In this document: positions 24,902-37,656 of the stretch, in pieces
Numbering within the stretch: the first letter of the stretch is position 1
Layout: every line of letters starts with the position of its first letter
Assembly: GCF_006345805.1 (NCBI RefSeq)
Contig: NC_043017.1
Coordinates: forward strand, 12,586,001-12,650,000
Reading direction: 5' to 3'
From: Octopus sinensis
Taxonomy: Eukaryota
DNA: 64,000 nucleotides
The notes under the pieces: generated by a model
Told to the model about the DNA's origin: nothing
The model's database searches: none
What the model saw: the letters and a program-made list of their open reading frames with translations, nothing else
Position numbers and translations under genes: made by a program

Positions 24902-25344
24902 TTAACTAAAAATAATAATTCCTTTCATTTTGGTGCTTTATCAGTGTGCCTTCAGAATTATTTTTTCATGGTTAGGGTTTAAATGCCTTTTTAGCATGTA
25001 AGAAGTCCTATAATGGGTTCTTTTTGTGTATATACACTCTTCTGTTAGTTTCTGTCTACTAAATCCATTCACAGGCCCAAGGTGCTATGCAGTGGGACTG
25101 AATCCAGAACCATGTGGTTGTGAAGTAAGCTTCTTACCACACAGCCACACCTGTGCATATATGTTCATTTTTTTTAAAAATTAAAACCTTTCACAATAAT
25201 TTTATCCAAGAACTTTTTAGTTCAGGTTTGTTCTAAACACCATTTTATTAATGATTACTGATTTAGAAAAAAAAAACCCCAGTAATTATTAAGAGTGGAG
25301 GTTGGTTGATTCTGACTTAAATGTTCCCACATTGGGTGACATAT

Positions 25345-25630
25345 GAGGTAGTCAAAGTACTCCAGCAGGGTTCATCAGAGCACCATCAGTGCATTGTTCC
25401 AGGGTAGGTTTACCACCTGAAGGTCCCTGTCAATTGTCTGGTGCCAATATGTCTTGGGATGCTTCCTGCACTGCTACTCCTGAAGGCTGCCCTTAAAGAC
25501 TTCGTTAACCCAATTCTGTTCGTCGGGAATCTCTCAAAATGTCCAAGCCAATTCAGTCAGCCCTTTTTTTACATGTCGATAATCACTGGGCTTTAATCTG
25601 TATTTCCTCTGACTGCCCCATTGCTCATAA
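25345..25630 (-). mobile_element. Decayed LINE ORF2 C-terminus (RTE-like)
   Basis: Minus-strand frame reads LNWLGHFERFP, matching the W(L/F)GH motif; stops and frameshifts present. Confidence 0.55.
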
Positions 25631-26189
25631 AGTCATTCCATTTGACGTCTCGTATTTCCCAAAATTGACCTCAGCAGGATTTGAACTCAGAACATAAAGA
25701 GCTGGAAGAAATACAAGCAAAAGCATTTTACCCATAGCTCTAAAAATCCTGCCAATCCACTTCCCTAAATGCCAACACAATAACAAGAATGTTATTTTAC
25801 TAAACTCTTCCAATTATTGATTATTTTCAAAATTAATTGAAACACGAAAGCAGCGTACTTCGTTGGTGATATGGCCACTGAAGGGTTCATTGACCTTTAA
25901 GGAATTAATACTATCTCAGCAAAAAATTCTTTGAAATTTCACAGTCAAAACATTTCAGAGAAATTATTCTGTTTGACACAAGTCAGTCTAGATTCGTTTA
26001 AGTTAAATGGAACAAAGAAACAGTATCATGATATGGAATGCTCAAGAAAAAGGACAGGGCGAGGGGTGAGATATGAGGTGAAGGTCGTTGTTGGAACGTC
26101 TTTGATCAAAGATCTGCTCAGGTAGTGCTGACTTGGAGCTAAACAACAAAAATACTGATGTGACTAACATCACCCAGTCGTGCTGCTAC

Positions 26190-26842
26190 GACCAACTGCC
26201 ACCACCACCACCATCATCATCATCATCACCTCTAACATCACTGCAACCATCACCATCATCATATCAGCTACAATCAGCATCATCATGAACATCACATTCA
26301 CTACCACCAACAGCTCACCCCCACTACTATGGTTAGTTTCACTATAAATATCACCAAAATCATACCATCAGCACCATCATATCACCACCAGCTACCATCG
26401 TCATCGACACCACCACGACGAACATCACCACATCCATAACCAGCACCACCTCCACTACTGTCATCACTACTACCATCAACACTACTTATTCCACTACCAA
26501 CATCCTCATCGCATCCACCATCAACATTATAACTATGACTAACTTCATAACCACCACCACCACCACCACCATCGTCATCATCACCACAACCATCACAACC
26601 ACTACCATTATCACCACAACCATCACCATCATCATCACCACAACCACCACCACCACCAACATCATCATCATTACAACCATCGCCATCATTACTGAAACCA
26701 TCACCAATATCAACAGCATCACCACAAACATCTGTGCATCCATCATCATCACCACTGCTACCACAAACACTTTCACCACCACCACCACCTATCAGTGGCA
26801 CCGGAACCACCAACACCACCACCACCACCACCAATCCAACAC
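26190..26842. repeat. (CAC/CAT)n trinucleotide field
   Basis: Direct inspection. Confidence 0.9.
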
Positions 26843-27461
26843 ATAAATCTGGTTTCTAAAGCTGCTAAGTGGAAGTCTGTGTTCAATGTCCAATTGCCTC
26901 TTTGGTCGATTCCGATATTGAAAACCAATTATTTTAGTGGAACTGGCGCGAACATAGCAGACAACGACAAAGATTCCCCGCTAAGTTCTTCACCAGATGC
27001 TACGTCCTCAGCTCTTCAATCTCTATTGATTTTTAATAGATTCTTTGACAAGCCAAAACACCAGGAACCCTTCTGACTGTGGAGCACAAATGGCAGGCCT
27101 TAACATGGTGTGGTGTGCCACGAGGGGGGAGCATCGCTTTGTCACATCATCTATTTCTATTGTAGCAACAATCACCTCCAGAGTCATTTACCGGCATCAC
27201 TACTATCACCAATACTACTCCATTATGTCGACCACAACAAAATTTACCAAAACTGTCGCCATCACCACTAGCATCTCCAAGGCCACCTTATCATGTCAAG
27301 CAAACTACCATCATCATCACCATCACAACCTTTGTCAGAAAGCATCAGCCGAAGGCACTGCACGGTGGGACTGAACCCAGAACCATATGGATGGAAAGTG
27401 AACCTCTTTACTTACACAATTAGGCCAACACCTATTAATACATACAAACACACATACATAT

Positions 27462-29494
27462 ATATTCTTTTATTCTCTTACTTGTTTCAGTCATTTGACT
27501 GTGGCCATGCTGGTGCACCGCACTGAAGAGTTTTAGTTGAACAAATCAACCCTAGGACTTATTCTATTGGGTTTTTTTCGCCAAACCACTAAGTTATGGG
27601 GATGTAAACAAACCAACACTGGTTGTCAAGCAGTGATGGTGGGGACAAACTCAGACATAAAAACAGACAAACATAGATATATACACACATAAATATATAT
27701 ATATATATTATTATATATATGATGAGCTTCTTTCGGTTTTTGTCTACTAAACCCACTCACAAGGCTTTGGTCAGCCCAAGGCTATAATAGAAGACACTTG
27801 CCCAAGGTGCCACGCACTGGGACTGAACCCAGATCCATATGGTTGGGAAGGAAGCCTCTTACCACAGAGCCATATATATACGACAGGCTTCTTTCAGTTT
27901 CCGTCTACTAAACCCACTCACAAGGCTTTGGTCAGCCCAAGGCTATAATAGAAGACACTTGCCCAAGGTGCCACGCACTGGGACTGAACCCAGATCCATA
28001 TGGTTGGGAAGGAAGCCTCTTACCACAGAGCCATATATATACGACAGGCTTCTTTCAGTTTCCGTCTACTAAACCCACTCACACAAGGCTTTGGTCAGCC
28101 CAAGGCTATAATAGAAGACACTTGCCCAAGGTGCCACGCACTGGGACTGAAACCAGATCCATATGGTTGGGAAGGAAGCCTCTCACCACAGAGCCATATA
28201 TATACGACAGGCTTCTTTCAGTTTCCGTCTACTAAACCACTCACAAGGCTTTGGTCAGCCCAAGGCTATAATAGAAGACACTTGCCCAAGGTGCCACGCA
28301 CTGGGACTGCTGAACCCAGATCCATATGGTTGGGAAGCAAGCCTCTTACCACAGAGCCATATATATACGACAGGCTTCTTTCAGTTTCCGTCTACTAAAC
28401 CCACTCACAAGGCTTTGGTCAGCCCAAGGCTATAATAGAAGACACTTGCCCAAGGTGCCACGCACTGGGACTGAACCCAGATCCATATGGTTGGGAAGGA
28501 AGCCTCTCACCACAGAGCCATATATATACGACAGGCTTCTTTCAGTTTCCGTCTACTAAACCCACTCACAAGGCTTTGGTCAGCCCAAGGCTATAATAGA
28601 AGACACTTGCCCAAGGTGCCACGCACTGGGACTGAACCCAGATCCATATGGTTGGGAAGCAAGCCTCTCACCACAGAGCCATATATATACGACAGGCTTC
28701 TTTCAGTTTCCGTCTACCAAATCCACTCACAAGGTTTTGGTCAGCCCAAGGCTATAATAGAAGACACTTGCCCAAGGTGCCACGCACTGGGACTGAACCC
28801 AGATCCATATGGTTGGGAAGGAAGCCTCTTACCACAGAGCCATATATATACGACAGGCTTCTTCAGTTTCCGTCTACTAAACCCACTCACAAGGCTTTGG
28901 TCAGCCCAAGGCTATAATAGAAGACACTTGCCCAAGGTGCCACGCACTGGGACTGAACCCAGATCCATATGGTTGGGAAGGAAGCCTCTCACCACAGAGC
29001 CATATATATACGACAGGCTTCTTTCAGTTTCCGTCTACTAAACCCACTCACAAGGCTTTGGTCAGCCCAAGGCTATAATAGAAGACACTTGCCCAAGGTG
29101 CCACGCACTGGGACTGAACCCAGATCCATATGGTTGGGAAGCAAGCCTCTTACCACAGAGCCATATATATACGACAGGCTTCTTTCAGTTTCCGTCTACT
29201 AAACCCACTCACAAGGCTTTGGTCAGCCCAAGGCTATAATAGAAGACACTTGCCCAAGGTGCCACACACTGGGACTGAACCCAGATCCATATGGTTGGGA
29301 AGGAAACCTCTCACCACAGAGCCATATATATACGACAGGCTTCTTTCAGTTTCCGTCTACTAAACCCACTCACAAGGCTTTGGTCAGCCCAAGGCTATAA
29401 TAGAAGACACTTGCCCAAGGTGCCACGCACTGGGACTGAACCCAGATCCATATGGTTGGGAAGCAAGCCTCTTACCACAGAGCCATGCCTGTGC
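27462..29494 (-). mobile_element. Single SINE A copy whose head half is tandemly amplified
   Basis: Tail half at 27462-27719, extreme 5' end (atgcctgtgc on plus) just after the last unit. Confidence 0.8.
27720..29484. repeat. Tandem array, 11 units of ~161 bp
   Basis: cgacaggc starts at 27881, 28042, 28205, 28368, 28529, 28690, 28851, 29011, 29172, 29333; first unit is more diverged. Confidence 0.95.
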
Positions 29495-29626
29495 AATATA
29501 TAATCACAAAGAGATAGATCATCAGACATTGCGAGGGTCAAATGATTGTCTTCTGCGAACTCATTAATTAATTGAGTCGTCGTCATCACTGCTGCTGACA
29601 TAGTTGTCTGTGACGTCAGTGTCGCC

Positions 29627-29661
<35 letters not shown>

Positions 29662-30000
29662 AATGGTGACGATAATAGTGACGATGATGATGTGATGAAC
29701 GTTGTGAAGATAATGTTCTCTTCTGCTCAGTTAAGCTTGAAGTGAAGCAGTGTAAAACAACAGCTCAGTTCTCTTAACCCCGCACTGTAGTGACACATAC
29801 ATTATTGACACACATTTCCAGCCTTCTCACACACACACACACTGATAGATATACAAACACACAAACACACACACACAGATAGATAGATATACATACACAC
29901 ACATACACAAGAATCTATGTTTTAATATGTACTTATAAACATACATATAAGTACATATACCATCATCATATGTTACATATGTGAGTTTGTGTGTATGTAG

Positions 30001-30044
<44 letters not shown>

Positions 30045-30243
30045 GAAAAGAAAGAGAGGGGAAAACTATATGCAGACATGGACACACACACACACACACA
30101 CACACACGCAAGCACATAGAACCACATACACACAACCACAAATATATAAACATATCAAATCACATCTTCCCCATACCACGCACACACACACAAACCAGTG
30201 ACCCAATTACAGCCATCACGGGTCACAATACTGTACATTCCAA

Positions 30244-30279
<36 letters not shown>

Positions 30280-31193
30280 CACACACACACATGCACATGG
30301 CAGTACACATTAGATGCAAAATGACATGCTAGAAATAGCAGTAAAGTCGCCTTTAAATCACACCAGACCATCTTGAGAAAGAGAAAGACACTTTGGATAA
30401 TGTAGTCCAAGGTAGAGATAGATAGTCACAGCTAGAATGCCTGATCGGAACTGACCTAGGGCTAAACAACAGCAACTGCATACAAACCACGTACACACAA
30501 AGACACACTCTACGTATACATAGACACTCACAGAGTAAATATATACACACATACACACTCACAGCTGGAACACCTGATCGGAGTTGACCCAGGGCTGAAC
30601 ACCAACTGCACAAAAACCACATACACACTCCTACACACACACATTATGTATACATACACACTGACAAACATGCACACACACACACACTACATACATAGAC
30701 AAACACACTTCATACACAAACATACACACAGATCCTCTGTACACATACACACAGTGCACACACAAACACACTACATACATACATTCACACATACATACAC
30801 ACTCCCACACACATTGTAACAGAGCAGATGAGTGTATCCATGGAGACAATAAACCAAAAACACCAACATTAAAAAAAAAAAAAACAGATAAAACTTAATA
30901 TTAAAGAAAGACATTAAAAAAAATCAAATATTGATTGTCATTGATTGATTTATTGACAACAGATCAATAACTGTGACTGATAGGAAGAGTGGGACATGCG
31001 CAAGACAGTTGAATGAATAACAGTGGGGGAGAGTGTAGAAGCTGCCATACAGTTACTCAATTATCTTGTTAGAAATAGCAACCAAACCTCACTCAGATAC
31101 TTTGATATCATAAATGCAACAAGACAAGGAAGGAACCTTTAACCCAATCGTTACTGTATTTATTTTGAGATGCTCTGTGTTTTGTGCCGGTGG

Positions 31194-31576
31194 TGGAGGC
31201 GCAATGGCCCAGTGGTTAGGGCAGCGGACTCGCGGTCATAGGATCGCGGTTTCGATTCCCAGATCAGGCGTTGTGAGTGTTTATTGAGCAAAAACACCTA
31301 AAGCTCCATGAGGCTCCGGCAGGGATGGTGGTGATCCCTGCTGTACTCTTTCACCACAACTTTCTCTCACTCTTACTTCCTGTTTCTGTTGTACCTGTAT
31401 TTCAAAGGGCCGGCCTTGTCACTCTCTGTGTCTCGCTGAATATCCCCGAGAACTACGTTAAGGGTACACGTGTCTGTGGAGTGCTCAGCCACTTACACGT
31501 TAATTTCACGAGCAGGCTGTTCTGTTGATTGGATCAACCGGAACCCTCGTTGTCGTAACCGACGGAGTGCCTCCAC
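31194..31576 (+). mobile_element. SINE B inserted at the 5' end of a family D copy
   Basis: 13-bp TSD TTTGTGCCGGTGG at 31181-31193 and 31577-31589. Confidence 0.85.
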
Positions 31577-31828
31577 TTTGTGCCGGTGGCACGTAAAAAG
31601 CACCAACCGATTGTGGTCACTGCCAGCCTCCCCAGGCACCTGTGCTAGTGGCACGTAAAAAGCACCCACTACACTCACGGAGTGGTTGGCGTTAGGAAAG
31701 GCATCCAGTTGTAGAAACCCTGCCAGATCAGACTGGAGCCTGGTGCAGCCTGCTGGCTTCCCAGACCCCGGTCGAACCGTCCAAATCATGCTAGCACTGA
31801 AAACGGACGTTAAACGATGATGATGATA
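31577..31828 (+). mobile_element. Family D retroposon nested in a split type-1 piggyBac MITE (MITE halves ~31141-31185 and ~31829-31976)
   Basis: MITE left end aaccc...gttactgtatttattttgagatgc and right end ggcaatgaaagggttaa flank the nest. Confidence 0.75.
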
Positions 31829-31981
31829 AAGAATTTAGTAAAATATCATTCAACTGGTGTTAAGAACATAAATTGCGACTAAGGTTTGGTGGAAGATTTT
31901 AATTCAAAACTTATGAAAAGAAGACATTTGTACTCAGAGCCAGAGCCGGTTTCAGCCATGTTGGCAATGAAAGGGTTAAGT

Positions 31982-32309
31982 CACTGGTTCTCGACTGGGG
32001 TCCATATGATCCCTGAGGATCTAGATAAGATTTTTGAGGGTCCTTGTTAGCAAAATAGTAAATTGAGGATCCACAATAGTATTTTAAGGAGCCATGAAAA
32101 GTATTGTTTTAGATGCATTTTTTTCAAGAAACAGTTTCTTTCACTGATATTTTACAGTTTAAGCTCTTCAGTGTGTGAAAAACAAAACAGGAATTTTGAA
32201 AGTATTTATAAAATTAGTTTTTAAACAGAGAGTAGCTATTGGGATCCACCAAGGTAAAATAGTAATCAAAGGGGCCCATAGGTAAAAAAAAAAATAGTTG
32301 AGAACAGGT
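31982..32309. mobile_element. hAT/Charlie-type (MER5-like) MITE
   Basis: Imperfect TIRs cactggttctcgac / gttgagaacagg; related to 59097-59700. Confidence 0.5.
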
Positions 32310-32859
32310 ACTCTAAAGCCATTGCTCACTTGCTAGAAATAGCTGCTAAATACACTACTTACTGCCTGGAAAATGAAGGAAAGACACTGGGTAATACAGT
32401 AGTGCTATGTACACTATGGCCCATCCATAGACCTTCATCATACCATCCTTCAATGAAGCAGTTGTTATTCAGTCACTGCCCCCTCACTACCCATACAAGG
32501 GTAGTCTGCAGTGGAGCTTGGAGAATCCACATCCCATTCATACAGTTCTTTGTAGTGTTTATAGAGAGGAGCCCTTCCTATTACTTTAAAGCATGTGCTA
32601 GATGCATTTTATGATGCCACCAGCAATAGAGAAGTCGTTTACCCTCAGGACTACAAAGTCCACTCTATCAGCTCATAAACCTTTGGCATTTAAACCAGCT
32701 ACATCCAGCTTAAGCACTGCATATATATTTCATTCTTTTACTTGTTTCAGTCATTTGACTGCACCCTTCAGGCCTTATTCTTTGTAAGCCTTAATACTTA
32801 TTCTGTTGGTCTCTTTTGCTGAACTGCTAAGTTACAGGGACATAAACACAGCAACATCG

Positions 32860-33075
32860 GAGCATTGCATCCTTCAAAACTTCCATGCTTCCTGAGATTC
32901 GCCAACACTACACCTGATTTTCTCCCCCTCCATACACACACAAGCATGTATCTGACTCATACATTGTTCGCTTTCCAGACATTTCTACATTACTGCATGT
33001 ACTTTATATGCACTTTCTGACAAGTTGTGGTGCACCTGAGCACTGTATACAATAATTTCATTATTATTATTATTA
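32860..33075 (+). mobile_element. CR1 3' tail
   Basis: Highly similar to 11960-12170; (ATT)n tail. Confidence 0.8.
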
Positions 33076-33208
33076 AATATTTTACCTGCTTTATGTTCAG
33101 ACTGGCCAGATCCAGCCTCTCCCAATCTGCCCTACAATGTCATTTTAAAAGCAAACAATCCCAGCATTGACATCTCAAAGCTATGTGATAATAATAATAA
33201 TAATGAAA

Positions 33209-33611
33209 TCGTTATATATAAAAGTCAAGTTGAGTGTCTGTCTGTCTCCTACGATTTAGATTCCTAACTACTCCCACATTTTGCGGTGCAGTTTAACCAA
33301 AACCGGGTATCTTATAGTCGTGATTCATATCGAGCCCTTCTGGGTATTAGCGTGCGTCTATGATGAGTCTACGATTTAAAAAAAAATTTACCATCATTTT
33401 TTTTCCATTTTAATGCATTTTTTCGCTATTATATAAGGGAAGTAACTCTCTAAAAATGTCTATGATGAGTCAACGATTTAAAAAAAAATTTACCATAATT
33501 TTTTTTCCATTTTTAGTGCATTTTTTTGCTATTTTTTGACTATAACTCTCTAAAAATGCTTATATAGTTATTTCCCTTACAAACCCGAGCAACGCCGGGC
33601 GATACTGCTAG
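33209..33611 (+). mobile_element. Non-autonomous Helitron
   Basis: 5' TC after A, 3' CTAG before T, subterminal hairpin cccgagcaacgccggg at 33584-33599, internal ~102-bp tandem repeat. Confidence 0.8.
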
Positions 33612-33774
33612 TTATTGTATACAGTGCTCCAAAACAATATGAATAAATAAGTGCTAGATTTGACAGTAAACTGAATGCTAAAGGGTTAATAATATGAAAG
33701 ATTATTTCTACAGAAGGCACAAGGCCAATTGTCTTTGACTGGAGAGTAGAAGCAATTACATCAATCCCAGTATA

Positions 33775-34148
33775 TCACTCAACCACATGGTTCTGGGTTC
33801 AGTCCTACAGTGTGGCATCTTGGATGAGTGCCTTCTAATATAGCCTCAGGCCGACCAAAACCATGTGAGTGGATTTGGTAGACAGAAACTGAAAGAAGCC
33901 CAACATATATATATATATATATATATATATGATGTATATATCTGTGTGTGTGTGTGTGTGTGCATGTGTGTGTTTGTCTCTCCACCATCACTTGTCAACC
34001 GATGTTGCTGTGTTTATGTCCCTGTAACTTAGCAGTTCAGCAAAAGAGACCAACAGAATAAGTATTAAGGCTTACAAAGAATAAGGCCTGAAGGGTGGTG
34101 CTCCAGCATGGCTGCAGTCAAATGACTGAAACAAGTAAAAGAATGAAA

Positions 34149-34186
<38 letters not shown>

Positions 34187-34415
34187 TATATATATATGAT
34201 GTATATATCTGTGTGTGTGTGTGTGTGTGCATGTGTGTGTTTGTCTCTCCACCATCACTTGTCAACCGATGTTGCTGTGTTTATGTCCCTGTAACTTAGC
34301 AGTTCAGCAAAAGAGACCAACAGAATAAGTATTAAGGCTTACAAAGAATAAGGCCTGAAGGGTGGTGCTCCAGCATGGCTGCAGTCAAATGACTGAAACA
34401 AGTAAAAGAATGAAA

Positions 34416-34450
<35 letters not shown>
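33775..34450 (+). mobile_element. SINE A with tandemly duplicated 3' half (267-bp unit)
   Basis: 33931-34197 is repeated at 34198-~34450 between (TA)n tracts. Confidence 0.85.
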
Positions 34451-34462
<12 letters not shown>

Positions 34463-35130
34463 TACATACATACATACATACATACAACGTATGTGTATGC
34501 ATATATACATGTGCAGTTATACTGCTGTCTATTTATCTAAAGTCATCACTTACATGCAAATGCAACATGGAAGCACACACCATGCATTCGCTACTTATTA
34601 CAGGTACCCATGTAGTCACTACCAGAGATACACAGCTACACAGATCAACACCCTCTGAGTCCTCCTACCACCCTTGGCCTTGCAGATCACCCAGTATGTA
34701 ACAGCTTGCGAGGGAGAGAAGGAAAGGACTGCAGCAATTCTGCTGAAAGAATATAAAAAAAAAAACTGGACTTTGGGCAGTATTTGAAATCAGAGTGCAC
34801 CAAATTGGAACGGACGTTGCAATGTATTCTAACCAACATCTTAATAACTCTGCCCAATCAGCTGTCTGATAAAAGCCAGAACAAAGATTACAACAAGAGA
34901 TGATGATGATGATGATGATGATAATCATGGTGGTGGTGGTGGTGGTGGTGGTGGTGACAATGGTGATGCTTTCAAACAAGGTTGTTATTGTTTTATGCAG
35001 TATAAAGTCTAAAACTGATAATGATATTAACAGGCTCAGGTGTGGCTGTGTGGTAAGTAGCTTGTTTACCATCCACATGGTTCTGGGTTCAGTCCCACTG
35101 TGTGGCACCTTGGGCAAGTGTCTTCTACTA

Positions 35131-35468
35131 CATCATCATCATCATCGTTTAACATCCGTTTTCCGCGCTAGCATGGGTTGGACGGTTCGACCGGGGTCTG
35201 GGGAGCCAGGGGCTGCTCCAGGCTCCAGTCTGATCTGGCAGTGTTTCTACAGCTGGATGCCCTTCCTAACGCCAACCACTCCGCGAGTGTAGTGGGTGCT
35301 TTTTACGTGCCACCTGCACAGGTGCCAGAGGGGTCTGGCATCGGCCACGATCTGTTGGTGCTTTTTATGTGCCACCGGCACAGAAGCCAGTCGAGGCGGG
35401 GCTGGCATCGGCCATGTTCGGATGGTGCTTTTTATGTGCCACCGGCACAGAAGCCATTTGAGGCGGGG
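35131..35468 (-). mobile_element. Family D retroposon
   Basis: (CAT)n tail on plus; three 5' subrepeats. Confidence 0.8.
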
Positions 35469-35859
35469 CAATAACCAGAATCTTTGTCTGGTACCAGATC
35501 GATACCAAAATCTCATCAGTTCATGATATTCACGAGGCCAAACATCCTTGAATGTTTCATCCGAATCCATCAAGAGGTTCTTGAGATAACATGTCCATGG
35601 ACAAGCAAACAAACATAACTGAAAACAATACCTCCACCTTTGCTATAATGGTTTCGAATTTTGGCACAAGGCCAGCAATTTTTAGTGGGAGGGTGTTAAG
35701 ACAATGACATTGACCCCAGTATCTAATGGCTAAGTTCATCTCAGCAGGATTTGAAACATTAAAATAAATAGGGCAAAACACTTTTCCAACTAACGATTCT
35801 GTCAAATCAACTGCTATAATAATAATAATAAATAATAATACTAATAATAACAATAAGTC

Positions 35860-36255
35860 TTTCTACTCAGGGCACAAGGCCTGAAATTTTGGTGGAGGAG
35901 GATAGTTGATTACATCGATCCCAGTGTTTCACTGGTACTTAATTTATTGACCCCGAAAGGATGAAAGGCAAAGTCAACCTCGGCAGAATTTGAACTCAGA
36001 ATGCAAAGACAGATGAAATACCTATTTCTTTATTACCCACAAGGGGCTAAACATAGAGGGGACAAACAAGGACAGACATAGGTATTAAGTCAATTACATC
36101 GACCCCAGTGCATAACTGGTACTTAATTTATCGACCCCGAAAGGATGAAAGGCAAAGTCGACCTCGGCGGAATTTGAACTCAGAACGTAAAGACAGATGA
36201 AATACCACTAAGCATTCTACCTGGTATGCTAATGATTCTGCCAGCTCACTGCCTT
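35860..36255 (-). mobile_element. SINE C composite (copy within copy)
   Basis: Two bodies with different tails; aaagacagatgaaatac at 36005-36021 and 36189-36205. Confidence 0.7.
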
Positions 36256-36285
36256 TATAATAATAACAATGATAATAATAATAAT

Positions 36286-36580
36286 AGTAAAAGCACCATC
36301 CGTTCGTGTCCGTTGCCAGCTTCGCCTGGCCCCAGTGCCGGTGGCACGTAAAAGCACCATCCGTTCGTGGCCGTTTGCCAGCTCCGTCTGGCACCTGTGC
36401 GGGTGGCACGTAAAAAGCACCCACTACACTCACGGAGTGGTTGGCGTTAGGAAGGGCATCCAGCCGTAGAAACACTGCCAGATCAGACTGGAGCCTGGCG
36501 CAGCCTTCTGGCTTCACAGACCCCAGTTGAACCGTCCAACCCATGCTAGCAAGGAAAACGGACACTAAATGATGATGATG
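36286..36580 (+). mobile_element. Family D retroposon
   Basis: Three 5' subrepeats, conserved body, (GAT)n tail. Confidence 0.8.
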
Positions 36581-37656
36581 AATAGGTATGAAAGTCAAAC
36601 GACAAAATATATAAAACCAACGGAAAGCAAGAGAAAATGATTAACATAGATGACCTGATTCACAAGAAGAAGAGACGGAGAGAGAGAGAGAGAGAGAGTC
36701 GGCAAGAATTTGAATATAGAATTGAGAATAGCTGATAATTTTAGAGAAAAAAAAACCACTTCCTTTTGAAAGACAAGTCAGGTGTAATAGTTTTCTTTCT
36801 GTTTGTCTGTCTGTCTGTCTGTCACACACACACAGAGATACAGACACATTGTATGTCATTAAAAGAGGGTGTATGGAGAGCAGACATTAAAATAGAACAT
36901 CAAAATGCGAAATGGCTGTTACTTGAGGAGGGGGGAGAGTAGACAGGAGACAGTAGGTGTGTTAATCTATGTCTGCATACACACACACACACACACACAC
37001 TATATATATATATATATATATATGCACACATATATTTGTTTGTCTGTCTGAGCATACATACGTACATTTTATATATATATATACACATACATTTATGTTT
37101 GTCTGTCTGAGAAAACATATATATATATATATGTGTGCATGTATGTTTGTGTGTCTGTGTCTGTCCCCCTAACATTGCTTGACAACCGATGCTGGTGTGT
37201 TTATGTCCCCGTCACTTAGCAGTTCGGCAAAAAGAGACCAATAGAATAAGTACTGGGCTTACAAAGAATAAGTCCCGGGGTCGAGTTGCTCAACTAAAAG
37301 CGGTGCTCCAGCATGGCCGCAGTCAAATGACTGAAACAAGTAAAAGAGTAAAAAAGAGTGTATATATATATATAATATATATAATTTAAATAGAGAGACA
37401 GATACATGGATATTATTTGTACATTTGTGTGACACTGAAAATGTGTATACATGCAAATATGTAAATACAATATATATGATATGGCTTTTTTTTTTGTGTG
37501 TGTATATATATATGAATCCATCTTAAGGGCAAATCTAGTATACAGCGCCAATGAGCTGAAATAACAACAAAGTATCGATATCCTTCGCTATTGTTCACCT
37601 TTGAAGTAATTCGTATCTTCTGGCTTTAACCCACATTCAAACCAGCCTGGCTTAAA

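Larger units (their letters stand above)
32674..33684. mobile_element. Type-2 piggyBac MITE split by SINE A, CR1 tail and Helitron insertions
   Basis: Pieces at ~32674-32720, 33075-33195 and 33612-33684 reconstruct the reverse complement of 14872-15091, ending aatgctaaagggttaa. Confidence 0.6.

Noticed and set aside
26795-27076. 93-aa ORF MAPEPPTPPPPPP...
   Set aside because: The start lies within a microsatellite; no homology recognised and no splice support.
27720-29484. CRISPR array or repeated gene (recurring MVGKEASYHR... ORFs)
   Set aside because: Units are near-identical end to end with no unique spacers and no cas genes; the ORFs are antisense SINE translations broken by indels.
35290-35460. 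CRISPR-like or twister-like reading of the family D hairpin repeats
   Set aside because: Linkers are homologous across dispersed copies, the context is eukaryotic, and I could not fit twister pseudoknots.
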